From positions 3,584,001-3,648,000 of the forward strand of contig OY761556.1 of NCBI GenBank assembly GCA_963664705.1: DNA of 64,000 nt, read 5' to 3'. The DNA comes from Acidobacteriota bacterium (GTDB taxonomy: Bacteria > Acidobacteriota > UBA6911). This document shows, piece after piece, positions 50,837 through 61,209 of this stretch. A model generated the notes under the pieces. It was not told the DNA's origin. It saw only the letters and a list, made by a program, of their open reading frames with translations, and made no database searches. The first letter of the stretch is position 1. Each line of letters starts with the position of its first letter. The position numbers and the translations under genes were made by a program.

Positions 50837-51292
50837 TTAGTGCTTTTCCGGCGCAGCCGCATTCGCGGTTGCCCAGGATTTTATTTTATCCCGATCTTCC
50901 TGTTTCAAACGGGCGGCACTGTGCATCATCGAGTAATACCAGGGAGGCATCGCGCCTTCCTCAATCTCTTCCACCATGTGCTTGCGCATATGAGATTGAA
51001 CATCGGCAGGATAATCGCCCCATTCAGAAAAGTTCATCGCATGGCGTGCTTCCTTTACATCACTTCCCACCAGCCAGGAAACGGGAGCTACATTTGAATA
51101 CCAGGGCCAGACTGTTTCATTGGAGTGGCAGTTATAGCAAGCCCGTTGCAGGATAGGCTTAACTGACGCATCCAGGGATGCATCATTTCGTGTGGAAGGG
51201 TTTGTTTTTTCTATCCGGATGAACTGTCCAACGATAAGAGCTGCTACCAAAACAAGAAAACCGATTCGCAGGAATTTCACGGGGCTACCCAT
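50837..51292 (-). CDS. Haem-binding domain c-type cytochrome (Haem_bd)
   Basis: CYNCH, WPWYSNVAPVSW, NFSEW and MPP. Confidence 0.9.
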   Translation of the reverse strand: MGSPVKFLRIGFLVLVAALIVGQFIRIEKTNPSTRNDASLDASVKPILQRACYNCHSNETVWPWYSNVAPVSWLVGSDVKEARHAMNFSEWGDYPADVQSHMRKHMVEEIEEGAMPPWYYSMMHSAARLKQEDRDKIKSWATANAAAPEKH

Positions 51293-51385
51293 TGCACTCT
51301 CTCCCTGAAAGATTCATTTGGATTGCGGAAGCCGCGGCAAGGCAACAGCTCAAGCCTGCCGCGAATCCCGTGAATGGAAACAAGT

Positions 51386-51889
51386 CTATCGTTCATCGGC
51401 CGAGGGGCCATACATTGCCGGCAATGGAACTTCATTCAACCGCAGATACACTCCAAGCTGTGCGCGGTGATGAACCAGGTGATTCATGGACATAAGCCGG
51501 ATCATCTGGAGCCGCGTGCCGGACTCAACAGGCTGGCCATTGATTTGAAGCGACCAGGACTGGCCGAAATGCTCATCGCTTGCGCCGGCAAGAGCCTGCC
51601 TGGCTTCGGCTACATTCTGATCAAATTTTTCAAGCAAATCCGCCTGGGATTCCGGGATGTACGGTTTATATTGCCCGGCAACCATTGGACCGATATCGAT
51701 CATTTCGGTGGTCACAACTCTGCCGGCCCAGGCAGGAAGTTCCGCGACATGCCCTGCGAGCCGCCCCAACAGCATCGATTTCTGATGCGGCTTCCAATCC
51801 GCCTTTTCCACCGGAACCCGCTGCAACAGATTCCGCGTTACTTTCATTTCATGATCAAATTCCGGAAGAAGCATTTCACTGATGGTCAT
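51386..51889 (-). CDS. DinB/YfiT family protein
   Basis: WKPHQKSM, LAGHV and HLVHHRAQLGVYLRL. Confidence 0.9.
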   Translation of the reverse strand: MTISEMLLPEFDHEMKVTRNLLQRVPVEKADWKPHQKSMLLGRLAGHVAELPAWAGRVVTTEMIDIGPMVAGQYKPYIPESQADLLEKFDQNVAEARQALAGASDEHFGQSWSLQINGQPVESGTRLQMIRLMSMNHLVHHRAQLGVYLRLNEVPLPAMYGPSADER

Positions 51890-52063
51890 TACAGCCTCCG
51901 ATATGGATAAAAACCTGGAGTTCTGGGGCTCCAAAGCACTATTCCCTCAACCAAAAACCTGTCCGATAGTTGGGACAACCTCCTGATAGTGTACCAAATC
52001 ATGGATCGCAAATCGTCAATAGCCCTTTGGATATGTTAGACTCGAAGTGTTTCCGGAGGGCCT

Positions 52064-53791
52064 ATGAACTCCAGTCAGAGCAGGATCGTTTTCATTGCAC
52101 TTGCCATCATCCTTTTTGCGTGGATTACTGCTCCGCTGCTCTTTTCAACGCGGCCGCAGGAGCCATCCCTATCGCAAACAAGGCTATCCTTCGACGCGTC
52201 GGCCGCACATAGCCTCATCCGCGATATTGTAACGCAATTCCCAAACCGTACCCTTGGAAGCCTCGAATCCCGCCAGTCCACCGGCTATATTCATGATTAT
52301 CTCGAAAAACTGGGATATTCATTTACCTACACACATTTTGATGCCCGTATCGCCAGGCGCAGGCAGGTTGGAAGAAATATACTGGCGTTCAAACAGGGCC
52401 AATCCACGGAAATCCTGGCCCTGATCGCTCACCTGGATACCGCGCGAACAACGACACAGGGTGCCATGGACAACGGCTCGGGAGTGGGAGTACTACTGGA
52501 ATTGGCTCGCGTCTTTGCAGCGGGTCCGACCCGCAGAAGTCTGCTCCTTATCTTCTCCGACGGCGAGGAATGGGGAATGCTCGGGGCCAGGGATTTGGCC
52601 GACAATTACCCGGATCGGGGCCGGATTGCGGCCGTGCTTTCCCTGGATCATGTGGGGATTGGAGATCTGGAGCGGTTCTGCCTGGGAGAAACCGGGCAAT
52701 CGAAGGGTTTTACCTCTCCCTGGCTGCGGGAACTAGCGCGCCAAGCCGCGGAGTCTCAGGGGCTCCCGGCACAAAGCTCCTCCGGTTTTTCGGAATTCCT
52801 GCAACGTGCCTTCTATATATCCTGGGCGGATCAGGGCCCGTTCCTGAGCAAGGGTATCCCAGCTATCAATCTAGGAAGCGAATCCAGGGATAAGGCACGC
52901 GAGCGCGAGATTTACCATTCCAAATTCGATACAATCGAGAATCTCAAACCAGCCAGCATCGGAACCTACGGCCGTGCGGCGGAGAGAATCGTGCGCTCGC
53001 TGGATGAAATGAGCACTATCCCTCAAAACACGCCGGATGCATTCAGGTTTTGGGGAACCCGGTATATAGGCTCGGGAGTGATGACTTTCCTTCAGATAAT
53101 CTCGTTTGCACCACTGGTGCTCGTTTTTGCGTTTTTTCTGACAAATCATGCCGCCGGGCTCAATCTGGCGGGCATCGGTCGGGAGTTTCTCGCCTTCCTG
53201 GGCACGGCAATACCTCTCTGGGTGATCTATCCCCTGATTGCGCTTGCCCGAGCCCTGCGACTGATTCCGATCTACACCCTTTACCCGGCAACACTCAAAG
53301 ATCCCATCCTGGATAGTCCTCGATGGGGTGTTCTGGGAGGGATTCTGGGGACGGCCTTCTTTGTAGCTATTGTTCTGTTTATTATCGCCCGGTTTTCTTT
53401 CCGAAGCCTGCCGAAGCCGGAATTCCATACCTCAAAGACGGTTCTCCTGGCGCTGCTGCTGGCCGCTGCCATTCTGTCATTATTCTACAACCCCTATTGG
53501 GCTTCACTCTTTTTCATTCTACCTGCCTGGACGTGGGCGACGGTCGGCAACTGGAGAGCCGGGAACCGCCTTTTCGACAGATTCCTCCTCATTGCAGCGG
53601 GGCTTCCCTACTTTATCTTGGTCGGAATTTATGCATCGAAATTGTACCTGGGATGGAATCTCATCTGGTACCAGGCGATTGCCCTCAGCAACGGATTTTT
53701 CTCAAACGCCGCCTACTTCCTCGCAACCGCAATGATTGCGCTTGGCATCCGGTTTATCGTCATTCAATCGCAGGAAAAGAAGACTTCATGA
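52064..53791 (+). CDS. M28 family peptidase with C-terminal multi-TM domain
   Basis: AHLDT, GAMDNGSG, DGEEWG, LSLD and YHS..DT followed by about 7 TM helices. Confidence 0.88.
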   Translation: MNSSQSRIVFIALAIILFAWITAPLLFSTRPQEPSLSQTRLSFDASAAHSLIRDIVTQFPNRTLGSLESRQSTGYIHDYLEKLGYSFTYTHFDARIARRRQVGRNILAFKQGQSTEILALIAHLDTARTTTQGAMDNGSGVGVLLELARVFAAGPTRRSLLLIFSDGEEWGMLGARDLADNYPDRGRIAAVLSLDHVGIGDLERFCLGETGQSKGFTSPWLRELARQAAESQGLPAQSSSGFSEFLQRAFYISWADQGPFLSKGIPAINLGSESRDKAREREIYHSKFDTIENLKPASIGTYGRAAERIVRSLDEMSTIPQNTPDAFRFWGTRYIGSGVMTFLQIISFAPLVLVFAFFLTNHAAGLNLAGIGREFLAFLGTAIPLWVIYPLIALARALRLIPIYTLYPATLKDPILDSPRWGVLGGILGTAFFVAIVLFIIARFSFRSLPKPEFHTSKTVLLALLLAAAILSLFYNPYWASLFFILPAWTWATVGNWRAGNRLFDRFLLIAAGLPYFILVGIYASKLYLGWNLIWYQAIALSNGFFSNAAYFLATAMIALGIRFIVIQSQEKKTS

Positions 53792-53837
53792 CCTGTCTTC
53801 CGAAGTCTGAGTTTGAATATTTGCAGGTGAGATGGTC

Positions 53838-54680
53838 CTAGTTGCTGGCAGCAACGATATTCCTGAGGATTTTGATGTGGTTTTCGATATTCAAGCGATC
53901 CTCCGCCCCGACCGCATGTTTTAAGTAAAAATCCAAATCCGCGAGAGCCTTGGCAAACAGGCTGGTCTGCATATACAGAAGCCCGCGGTCCCGAATTTCA
54001 GTGGGAACTGCGGGATTGAGCAGCAAAATTTTGTCGATAACGGCCAGAGCTTTCTGGTGCTGCTCTTTCTGAGTGTAAATTCCCTTCAGGTTATACAGCA
54101 TGCGGGTAATAATCGACCTTTTGTCCATAGGATGCAGGAAGGACGGGCTCATGGACGCGCCGCCGGCATGAGCTTTGTCCAAAAGCTCCTGGCAATCATT
54201 TGCCGTGAGAATCCGGCCAATATTGAACGGGTCAATAACAATATCGCGATCGCTGGTCGAATGCTTGACCAGGAAATGACCAGGGAATCCGACGCCCCGA
54301 ATTCGAAAACTGATCCGCCTCGCCACCTCTATATAAATGACCGAGAGAGAGATTGGAATGCCCAGCCTACGATCCAGCACCTCATTTAGAAAGCTGTTGC
54401 GAGGATCGTAATAATCCTCCGCATTTCCCCTTAAGCCTTCCTGAACAAACAGCACCTCGTTGATGGCTTCAATCACATTGACCGGATTGCGATCCAAGCC
54501 GATCAGAACTTCCGCACTGGCAGCAAGGGAATCGAGTTTTCGAAGGTAAGCCTGGATGTTGAGGTCAGGATACTCGTCCAGTCCCAGAGCAAGTGCCGCC
54601 CGATCCAGCGGGAAGGCGGTTTCATCCAGAACCGACAATTCGAGAAAATACTGACGAGCTTTAATGCTCTCGATAATCAC
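53838..54680 (-). CDS. SirB1-like protein (Transglut_core2 + TPR)
   Basis: YYDPRNSFLNEVLDRRLGIPISL, GVGFPGHFL and EIRDRG. Confidence 0.92.
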   Translation of the reverse strand: MIIESIKARQYFLELSVLDETAFPLDRAALALGLDEYPDLNIQAYLRKLDSLAASAEVLIGLDRNPVNVIEAINEVLFVQEGLRGNAEDYYDPRNSFLNEVLDRRLGIPISLSVIYIEVARRISFRIRGVGFPGHFLVKHSTSDRDIVIDPFNIGRILTANDCQELLDKAHAGGASMSPSFLHPMDKRSIITRMLYNLKGIYTQKEQHQKALAVIDKILLLNPAVPTEIRDRGLLYMQTSLFAKALADLDFYLKHAVGAEDRLNIENHIKILRNIVAASN

Positions 54681-54867
54681 GAGGCCTCTCCAGGGATAAA
54701 AACCGGACTGGCGATCAACGCCACAACCTTTACAAAATAACGCCTTAAGGCTTTCGATTCCAGAGTTGATTCGCGGATATTGCCGGTTCGGCCGGGAGCG
54801 CTAATTGCAGGTGAGCAGTAAAATCTGCCCAATGCTGCATGCAATTTTGTTGAGGTCGAAGCCCAGC

Positions 54868-55003
54868 GGAGGACGGTGGCTTGCCACCGCCTTCACCTTT
54901 TGTGCTTTTCAAAGGCGACAGCAAGCTTCCGCATCCCACGGTTCCCATGCTTGCTTTAGCCGTCTCGCCGGCAAGGGGCGCAGCTGCTTGCCGGCGCTCC
55001 CAG
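54868..55003. repeat. REP-like palindromic repeat cluster
   Basis: CGGTGGCTTGCCACCG and CGCCGGCAAG...CTTGCCGGCG hairpins; shares sequence with 43190..43325 and the 49200..49360 flanks. Confidence 0.65.
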
Positions 55004-55009
55004 TAACAA

Positions 55010-55924
55010 CTAATCCACTCTCAATGGAGCTTGGAGCCGGAACTCCAGGATCGTTTCGGATGGGATTCGCAGAACCTGTCCGCGCGTCATCACCTGAACG
55101 CCGGTTCCAACGGCAGCGCCTGAGGCCGCACCCACCGCAGCGCCGGTTCCGCCTCCTGCGATGGCACCAATGATGGCACCCAGAGCCGCCGTTCCGCCTA
55201 CCGTCGCAGCCGTCCGGTTCGCACGGTTGGCACCTGCCTCCGTATAATCCGATGTCCTCAAATAATAGGACTTGCCATTGCTAACCAATTCCGTGAGTTC
55301 CAGTATCAACTGCGCTTGCCCGGACAATTTGCCCGATTCCTGGGCATAGGCAATCCGTCCCTTTACCGTTGTTCCCCTGGAAAACACAGTCTGATCCCCA
55401 AAGAGAATCGGCTGCTCCAGGGTTGCTTCGAATACATCCCCTACGCGGTTTCTGTCGGTATCGATGTTTGTGGATGTCCGTATTGTCACCGGCGTGCCGA
55501 CGGGCAAGGTCACATCTCCCTTCCGGGTTCCGGTCGATGCAGCGTAGCCGACATCGGTGTTGCGGGTCCTGGGATTAGCGGCTACAGCCGGTGCAGGCTC
55601 CGAAGGTTCCGGCGGAATGTCTGTGGTCATGGTCCGTCCCGGTAATTGACTTGAAGGGGCGGGCGGGGCTGGGGACGCCGGAACTCTGGCAACGCGGCCG
55701 GAGTTCTCCAGTTCCGGTTCTTTGAAGATAATCTGGGCTACATCTATCACTTTGAAGCTCTCCGTTCTGCCCAGAATCCGAAACTCCACCACATTAACGT
55801 CGCCACGGACAAACTTGCCCGAAAACACCGTTCCATCTTTCAGGACGATCTGATCAGCCAGGGCGGCGGTACTTAGCAGCAGCAACCCAAGAACAGTAAG
55901 CCATACCGGGGATTTCAATCTCAT
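55010..55924 (-). CDS. Secreted protein with Pro-rich linker and glycine-zipper C-terminus
   Basis: Signal peptide, [14 protein letters not shown] and [18 protein letters not shown]. Confidence 0.8.
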   Translation of the reverse strand: MRLKSPVWLTVLGLLLLSTAALADQIVLKDGTVFSGKFVRGDVNVVEFRILGRTESFKVIDVAQIIFKEPELENSGRVARVPASPAPPAPSSQLPGRTMTTDIPPEPSEPAPAVAANPRTRNTDVGYAASTGTRKGDVTLPVGTPVTIRTSTNIDTDRNRVGDVFEATLEQPILFGDQTVFSRGTTVKGRIAYAQESGKLSGQAQLILELTELVSNGKSYYLRTSDYTEAGANRANRTAATVGGTAALGAIIGAIAGGGTGAAVGAASGAAVGTGVQVMTRGQVLRIPSETILEFRLQAPLRVD

Positions 55925-56131
55925 AATCTTTTCCCTTCTTCCTTTGGCTGGAATACCGGCTGAAGCGCCGGCAATTCTCCCCCTTCTATTTTGATTAAGT
56001 TAGCGCCCGCAGGTTTCAGATTCAAAGAAAAGTTATGGGTAGTTTCTGCGCTTAAAACTAAAAGACTCGAAGAACTCCGTCCGGAGCCTTCGAGTCTATG
56101 AGTAACTGAACCTCGGATATCCCCAATCGGG

Positions 56132-56638
56132 CTAGATTGTTCGCTTTTTCGCCTTTTCCACAGGCTCATCCTGGTAACCGTAGCGAAGTATCTTGACCTT
56201 TACGATCCTCCTGCCAAAGTCCTTACAGGCCTCATAGCTGGGAATAAAGATGTCGATGATCTTGCCCTTGATAAGCTCGCCGGTATCCATAACCTGGTAA
56301 ATACCACTCATGAAAGGAGTTTCGACGTAAATCATCGATCCAAGCGGAATAACTCTGGGATCGGCAGCAACATAACCCGGGACTACAGGGACTCCAGAGG
56401 TGGTAAGACCCGTAACACTATAGGCGGTGGCGTGGAATTTTTCTGCCGCCGGCTCCAGGCCGGGTGAATGGACATCGTTCGCGCTGGTTCCGGTAGTGGA
56501 ACATAGCCAGGGACGGTCAGCATTCCTTGCACACTCCCTATGGGTAAAATGAATGATGCAGGCGAACCCAGCAAGGATTGCAATGGTTCGCAATCCCCTG
56601 AGACGCCTCCGATTCATCCTACATGCCTTGTCAAACAC
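56132..56638 (-). CDS. 3D-domain protein (putative lytic transglycosylase)
   Basis: ATAYS, VAADPRVIPLGS and DTG..IKGKIIDIF. Confidence 0.9.
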   Translation of the reverse strand: MFDKACRMNRRRLRGLRTIAILAGFACIIHFTHRECARNADRPWLCSTTGTSANDVHSPGLEPAAEKFHATAYSVTGLTTSGVPVVPGYVAADPRVIPLGSMIYVETPFMSGIYQVMDTGELIKGKIIDIFIPSYEACKDFGRRIVKVKILRYGYQDEPVEKAKKRTI

Positions 56639-56862
56639 GTTCCCTCCTCAAAGGACACAAAGAGATCCTCCCCAAAACCCGGCGGAAGATGCAGAACTCG
56701 GTTCAAGCTGATAAATCGAATTTCGCGGGGGAAAGAGACGGCAGTACTCTCGAATGAAAGATTCCGGTTTTCGTCTCTCTGAAGTTGCTCAACATGGGAA
56801 ATAGGCTAGCATCCGGCAGAACCTTGATCAACTACTAATTTAGTGTCATAGGTTTAGCGAAA

Positions 56863-56880
56863 ATGTGACCCTTGTCACAT
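56863..56880. promoter_or_regulatory. CRP-type palindromic binding site
   Basis: ATGTGACCCTTGTCACAT equals TGTGA-N6-TCACA. Confidence 0.55.
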
Positions 56881-56998
56881 GGGGAAATTTGTGATATAGG
56901 CCTCCGCCTTTACCCAGGGGACCGTTTCTACAACTATACAGGCAGTAGAGTCCGCGTCCTCCAGGTCCTGGAGTCCCGGAGCCGATGGCGTTGCCGGA

Positions 56999-57427
56999 TC
57001 AGCGGGCTATGGACTGGAGGAATCGGTCGATCCCTGCCTGGGAAACCTCCCGGTCCTGCTCCGGGGAACCGGAACTGCATCCCACGCCGCCGGCAATCAT
57101 TCCATTAATGAATAGCGGCAGCCCTCCCCCAACAATCATGAAGCGGCCTTGGTTGGAAGTATGCATCCCAAAGGATGGCCCCCCGGCTCCGGCTACCGCG
57201 GCATACTCATGGGTACCCCGGCGGGCGCAGGCAGCGGTAAAGGCCTTGTTTATGGAAACGTCAATGCTGGTCAGGCGAGCCCCGTCCATTCGGACAAAAG
57301 CAAGCAGGTGCCCGCCGTCATCCACCACCGCGATATCCATGTCGACCCCGATTTCCCTAGCCCTGGCTTCGGAACCTTCCAGAATGATCCTGGCATCACT
57401 GAGCGTGAGTCTGGGAGACGTTATCAT
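56999..57427 (-). CDS. GlcG/HbpS family heme-binding protein
   Basis: IAVVDDGGHL...RMDGA...KAFTA and GGGLP...GGVGCS. Confidence 0.92.
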   Translation of the reverse strand: MITSPRLTLSDARIILEGSEARAREIGVDMDIAVVDDGGHLLAFVRMDGARLTSIDVSINKAFTAACARRGTHEYAAVAGAGGPSFGMHTSNQGRFMIVGGGLPLFINGMIAGGVGCSSGSPEQDREVSQAGIDRFLQSIAR

Positions 57428-57563
57428 GGCGTTCCCTCCTGAATACAGGATGCAGGAAACCCAACCCGGGATACAAGCGCCTTCCAAAAACCTCAAATTG
57501 CGGGAACTGGGAACGAGTGAAGCCATGTGTTATGCTAGGCCTGTCTGACAGGTTCACACCCAT

Positions 57564-57926
57564 ATGCACGAATTAGGAATCGCACAGAACATCCTGCAAA
57601 TTGTTCAGCAGTCAGTGCCCGAGACCGGTGAAGCCAGTGTCCGGATCATTCGCATCCGGGTCGGCCAGCTTTCCGGAGTTGTCCCCGATTCGCTGGACTT
57701 CTGTTTCAGTGCCATTATCCATGACACCGAGATGAAGGATGCCAGGCTCGAGATCGAGCAGGTACCCCTGACATCCGAATGCAGGGACTGCCGGCAGCGG
57801 TTCCCGGTCAGCGAAATGGAGTTCTACTGTCCGGCATGCAAAAGTACCAACCTGGAACTGATTTCCGGCCGGGAGCTGGAGGTCGTGGAAATCGAAATGG
57901 CAGACGAAAGCGATGGGACGCCATGA
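57564..57926 (+). CDS. hypA: Hydrogenase maturation nickel metallochaperone HypA
   Basis: MHE N-terminus, CRDC/CPAC and GREL. Confidence 0.96.
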   Translation: MHELGIAQNILQIVQQSVPETGEASVRIIRIRVGQLSGVVPDSLDFCFSAIIHDTEMKDARLEIEQVPLTSECRDCRQRFPVSEMEFYCPACKSTNLELISGRELEVVEIEMADESDGTP

Positions 57927-58579
57927 GCGTGATTACGATTGAGCGAAAGGTTTTGGAAAAGAACGAGGAGGTTGCCGGGCGCAACCGGGAGATTTTCCGG
58001 GAGCGCGGCATTGGGGTTCTCAATTTCGTCAGTTCTCCAGGGGCGGGCAAGACGACCATCCTGGAAACCACCTTCCAGAAACTGCGCGGACAGATGAAGT
58101 TTGCGGTTATCGAGGGGGATGTCCAAACCGACCTCGATGCCCAGCGAGTCGCCAAATACGGAGTCCCGGTCGTTCAGATCGTCACCCTTGGGGGTTGTCA
58201 CCTCGATGCGAAGCTCATCCAGGATGCCCTCGGCCAACTCGATTTGAATGGATTGGACCTGCTATTCATCGAAAACGTCGGAAACCTCGTGTGCCCCGCA
58301 AACTACGACCTCGGGGAAGCGCTGAAGGTTGTTGTCCTGAGCACCACGGAAGGGGATGACAAGCCGCTGAAATACCCCGCGATGTTCCTGAATTCTACGG
58401 TGCTGATCATCAACAAGATCGACCTTGTGCCCCACCTGCGCTGCGACTTGAATACTTTGAAAAGGAATGCACTCCAGATCAATCCATCTCTCCGGGTATT
58501 TGAGATCTCCTGCTTTACAGGTGAAGGGATCCCGGAATGGTGCGACTGGCTTAACAAGAAGGACTTTTCCGGACAGTGA
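57923..58579 (+). CDS. hypB: Hydrogenase nickel incorporation GTPase HypB
   Basis: SSPGAGKTT, GCHLDA, ENVGNLVCPA, EGDDKPLKYP and NKID. Confidence 0.97.
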   Translation: MSVITIERKVLEKNEEVAGRNREIFRERGIGVLNFVSSPGAGKTTILETTFQKLRGQMKFAVIEGDVQTDLDAQRVAKYGVPVVQIVTLGGCHLDAKLIQDALGQLDLNGLDLLFIENVGNLVCPANYDLGEALKVVVLSTTEGDDKPLKYPAMFLNSTVLIINKIDLVPHLRCDLNTLKRNALQINPSLRVFEISCFTGEGIPEWCDWLNKKDFSGQ

Positions 58580-60858
58580 TTCGCCGAATGCACATCGCCC
58601 TCCGCGGCGCCGTACAGGGAGTAGGGTTTCGCCCTTTCGTGTATCGGCTTGCCTCGGAATTGAAGCTGCCCGGCTGGGTGTTGAATTCGACAGAAGGTGT
58701 GTTTATTGAAGTGGAAGGCGCAAAGGACCTTCTGGACACCTTCCTCCTTCGCCTGCAGAAAGAAAAACCGACTCCGGCCTTTATTCAAAGCCTCGAATTT
58801 TCCTACCTGGACCCCATTCACTTCGACGGCTTCGAGATACGGAACAGCGAGCAGACCGGGGCAAAGACAGCCCTCATCCTCCCGGACATTGCGACTTGTG
58901 GCGATTGCCTCCGTGAAGTATTCGATCCGGCTAACCGGCGCTATCGCTATCCGTTCACCAATTGCACCCACTGCGGCCCGCGGTTCACGATTATCGAATC
59001 CCTCCCCTACGACCGCCCGAATACATCCATGAAGTTTTTTGAAATGTGCCCGGACTGCCGCAGGGAATATGAAGACCCGTCCGATCGGCGATTTCATGCT
59101 CAGCCAAACGCCTGCCCCGTATGCGGTCCTGTCCCGGAAATGTGGGATGGAACAGGAAAGGTTCTGTCCAGACAGGACAATGCCATCATCGAAACGGTGG
59201 CGGCAATAAGAAGTGGAAAAATCGTGGCCATCAAGGGGCTTGGGGGATTCCACCTCGTTGCGGATGCCAGGAATACAGAAGCGGTGGAGCAGCTGCGCAA
59301 AAGAAAGCACCGCGAGGAAAAGCCCTTCGCCTTGATGTACCCCTCGCTCGAGCGAGTTCTGGACGACTGCGTTGTTTCGCCCTTTGAGGCCAGGCTCTTA
59401 TGCTCGGCCGAATCGCCCATCGTACTGCTCGAGCAAAAGGAAGCACGCGCCAGGACCCTATCGCCTGCGGTAGTCCCCGGAAATCCCTATCTCGGAGTGA
59501 TGCTTCCCTACACTCCCATGCATCATCTGATTATGCGGGACCTCGGGTTTCCCATCGTTGCCACCAGCGGAAACCTCTCCGACGAGCCCATCTGCATCGA
59601 CGAACGGGAGGCGCTGGCGCGGCTTTCGGCTATTGCGGACCTTTTCCTGGTTCACAATCGGCCCATTGTGCGGCATGTCGACGATTCCATTGTGCGCCTC
59701 GTGCTCGGCCGAGAGTTGGTATTGAGGCGGGCCAGGGGATACGCGCCGCTTCCGTTGCGCTGCAAGGGCCTGGAGCCGAACCTGCTGGCGGTGGGTGGAC
59801 ACCTGAAAAACACCATCGCCCTGTCGGTAGGGGATAATGCCTTCGTCAGCCAACATATCGGAGACCTGGAAAACAATGAGGCTTCCGAAGCTTTCCGTAA
59901 TGTAATCGGGAGCTTTCGCCGTCTGTATCAAGTCGACCCGGTCCGGGTTGTTTGCGACATGCACCCGGACTACATGTCATCGAAGCTTGCCCGGCAAATC
60001 GGACCACCCGTAATCGAGATACAACATCACTATGCCCATGTTGCCGCCTGCATGGTGGAGAATGAACTTGAAGGAGAGGTCCTGGGAGTAGCCTGGGATG
60101 GCACAGGGTATGGTCTTGACGGGACGATTTGGGGGGGTGAGTTCCTTCTCACCAACTCCACCAGCTTCACCCGCGTCGCCTCCTTCCGGAAATTCCGGTT
60201 GCCCGGAGGCGCAGCCGCCGTTCGAGAGCCGCGTCGCACAGCCCTCGGGTTGCTCTACGAGATTTATGGTGAACACGTTTTTGAAAAGGTTAACCTGGCG
60301 CCGCTCCACGCGTTCACGGAACAGGAACTCCCGGTGCTGGCCCAAATGCTTCAGAAAGGAATCCATTCTCCCTGGACGACCAGTGCCGGGCGCCTGTTCG
60401 ACGCAGTCGCTTCTCTTTCCGCCCTCCGGCAGAGAATGAAATTCGAGGGGCAGGCCGCCATGGAACTGGAGTACGTGGTCTCCCGGGAAGGGGTCGAACA
60501 AAGTTACCCGTTTGAGATCGGACAGGCCAATGATTCAGGAATGTCCCTTGACTGGGAAGCCCTGGTGCTCGCCATCATTCACGACGTTGAGCTCGGCACT
60601 CCGATTCCCATGATCGCGAGAAAATTTCACCTCGCACTTGGAGAGATGATCCTTGCCGTCGCCCGGCGTACCGGGAAAGAGCGTGTGGTACTGACCGGAG
60701 GTTGCTTCCAGAACAGGTTCCTCCTCGAACAAACAGTGAACAAGCTGGAGAAGGCCGGGTTCAGGGCGTACTGGCATCAGAGAATTCCGCCCAACGATGG
60801 AGGAATCTCGCTCGGGCAAATTGCCGCCGCCTCACGTATACTTAGGAGAGAACAGTAA
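58576..60858 (+). CDS. hypF: Carbamoyltransferase HypF
   Basis: VQGVGFRP, Zn fingers, KGLGGFHL, QHHYAH and PPNDGG. Confidence 0.98.
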   Translation: MIRRMHIALRGAVQGVGFRPFVYRLASELKLPGWVLNSTEGVFIEVEGAKDLLDTFLLRLQKEKPTPAFIQSLEFSYLDPIHFDGFEIRNSEQTGAKTALILPDIATCGDCLREVFDPANRRYRYPFTNCTHCGPRFTIIESLPYDRPNTSMKFFEMCPDCRREYEDPSDRRFHAQPNACPVCGPVPEMWDGTGKVLSRQDNAIIETVAAIRSGKIVAIKGLGGFHLVADARNTEAVEQLRKRKHREEKPFALMYPSLERVLDDCVVSPFEARLLCSAESPIVLLEQKEARARTLSPAVVPGNPYLGVMLPYTPMHHLIMRDLGFPIVATSGNLSDEPICIDEREALARLSAIADLFLVHNRPIVRHVDDSIVRLVLGRELVLRRARGYAPLPLRCKGLEPNLLAVGGHLKNTIALSVGDNAFVSQHIGDLENNEASEAFRNVIGSFRRLYQVDPVRVVCDMHPDYMSSKLARQIGPPVIEIQHHYAHVAACMVENELEGEVLGVAWDGTGYGLDGTIWGGEFLLTNSTSFTRVASFRKFRLPGGAAAVREPRRTALGLLYEIYGEHVFEKVNLAPLHAFTEQELPVLAQMLQKGIHSPWTTSAGRLFDAVASLSALRQRMKFEGQAAMELEYVVSREGVEQSYPFEIGQANDSGMSLDWEALVLAIIHDVELGTPIPMIARKFHLALGEMILAVARRTGKERVVLTGGCFQNRFLLEQTVNKLEKAGFRAYWHQRIPPNDGGISLGQIAAASRILRREQ

Positions 60859-60951
60859 AGAACGGGTACCGGCAAGACACACAATATCGCTTGTGCTCAA
60901 CAGGGCAAGCCGGCGCTCCGGATGGAGCAGGAAGCTTAAGGAGAATCCATT

Positions 60952-61209
60952 ATGTGCCTGGCAGTTCCGGGAAAGATCATCAGTATCGACGGCACCGATC
61001 CGGTGTTCCGCAGCGGCAAAGTCAGCTTTGGGGGAATCCACAAACAGGTGAACCTTGCCTATGTGCCGGAGGCCAAGGTCGGAGATTACGTCCTGGTCCA
61101 TGTCGGATTTGCCATCAGCACAATCGACGAGGCGGAAGCCGAAGAGGTGTTCGGGTATCTGCGCGAAATGGGTGAGCTGGCCGAACTGGAAGAAAGCGGC
61201 AACCAATGA
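60952..61209 (+). CDS. hypC: Hydrogenase chaperone HypC
   Basis: MCLAVPG and VLVHVGFA. Confidence 0.97.
   Translation: MCLAVPGKIISIDGTDPVFRSGKVSFGGIHKQVNLAYVPEAKVGDYVLVHVGFAISTIDEAEAEEVFGYLREMGELAELEESGNQ

Noticed and set aside
56640-56830. c-di-AMP (ydaO) riboswitch upstream of the 3D-domain gene
   Set aside because: The context fits, but the conserved GCTGAATCC, GGGGGAACC and GTCAGCTAACC elements are absent
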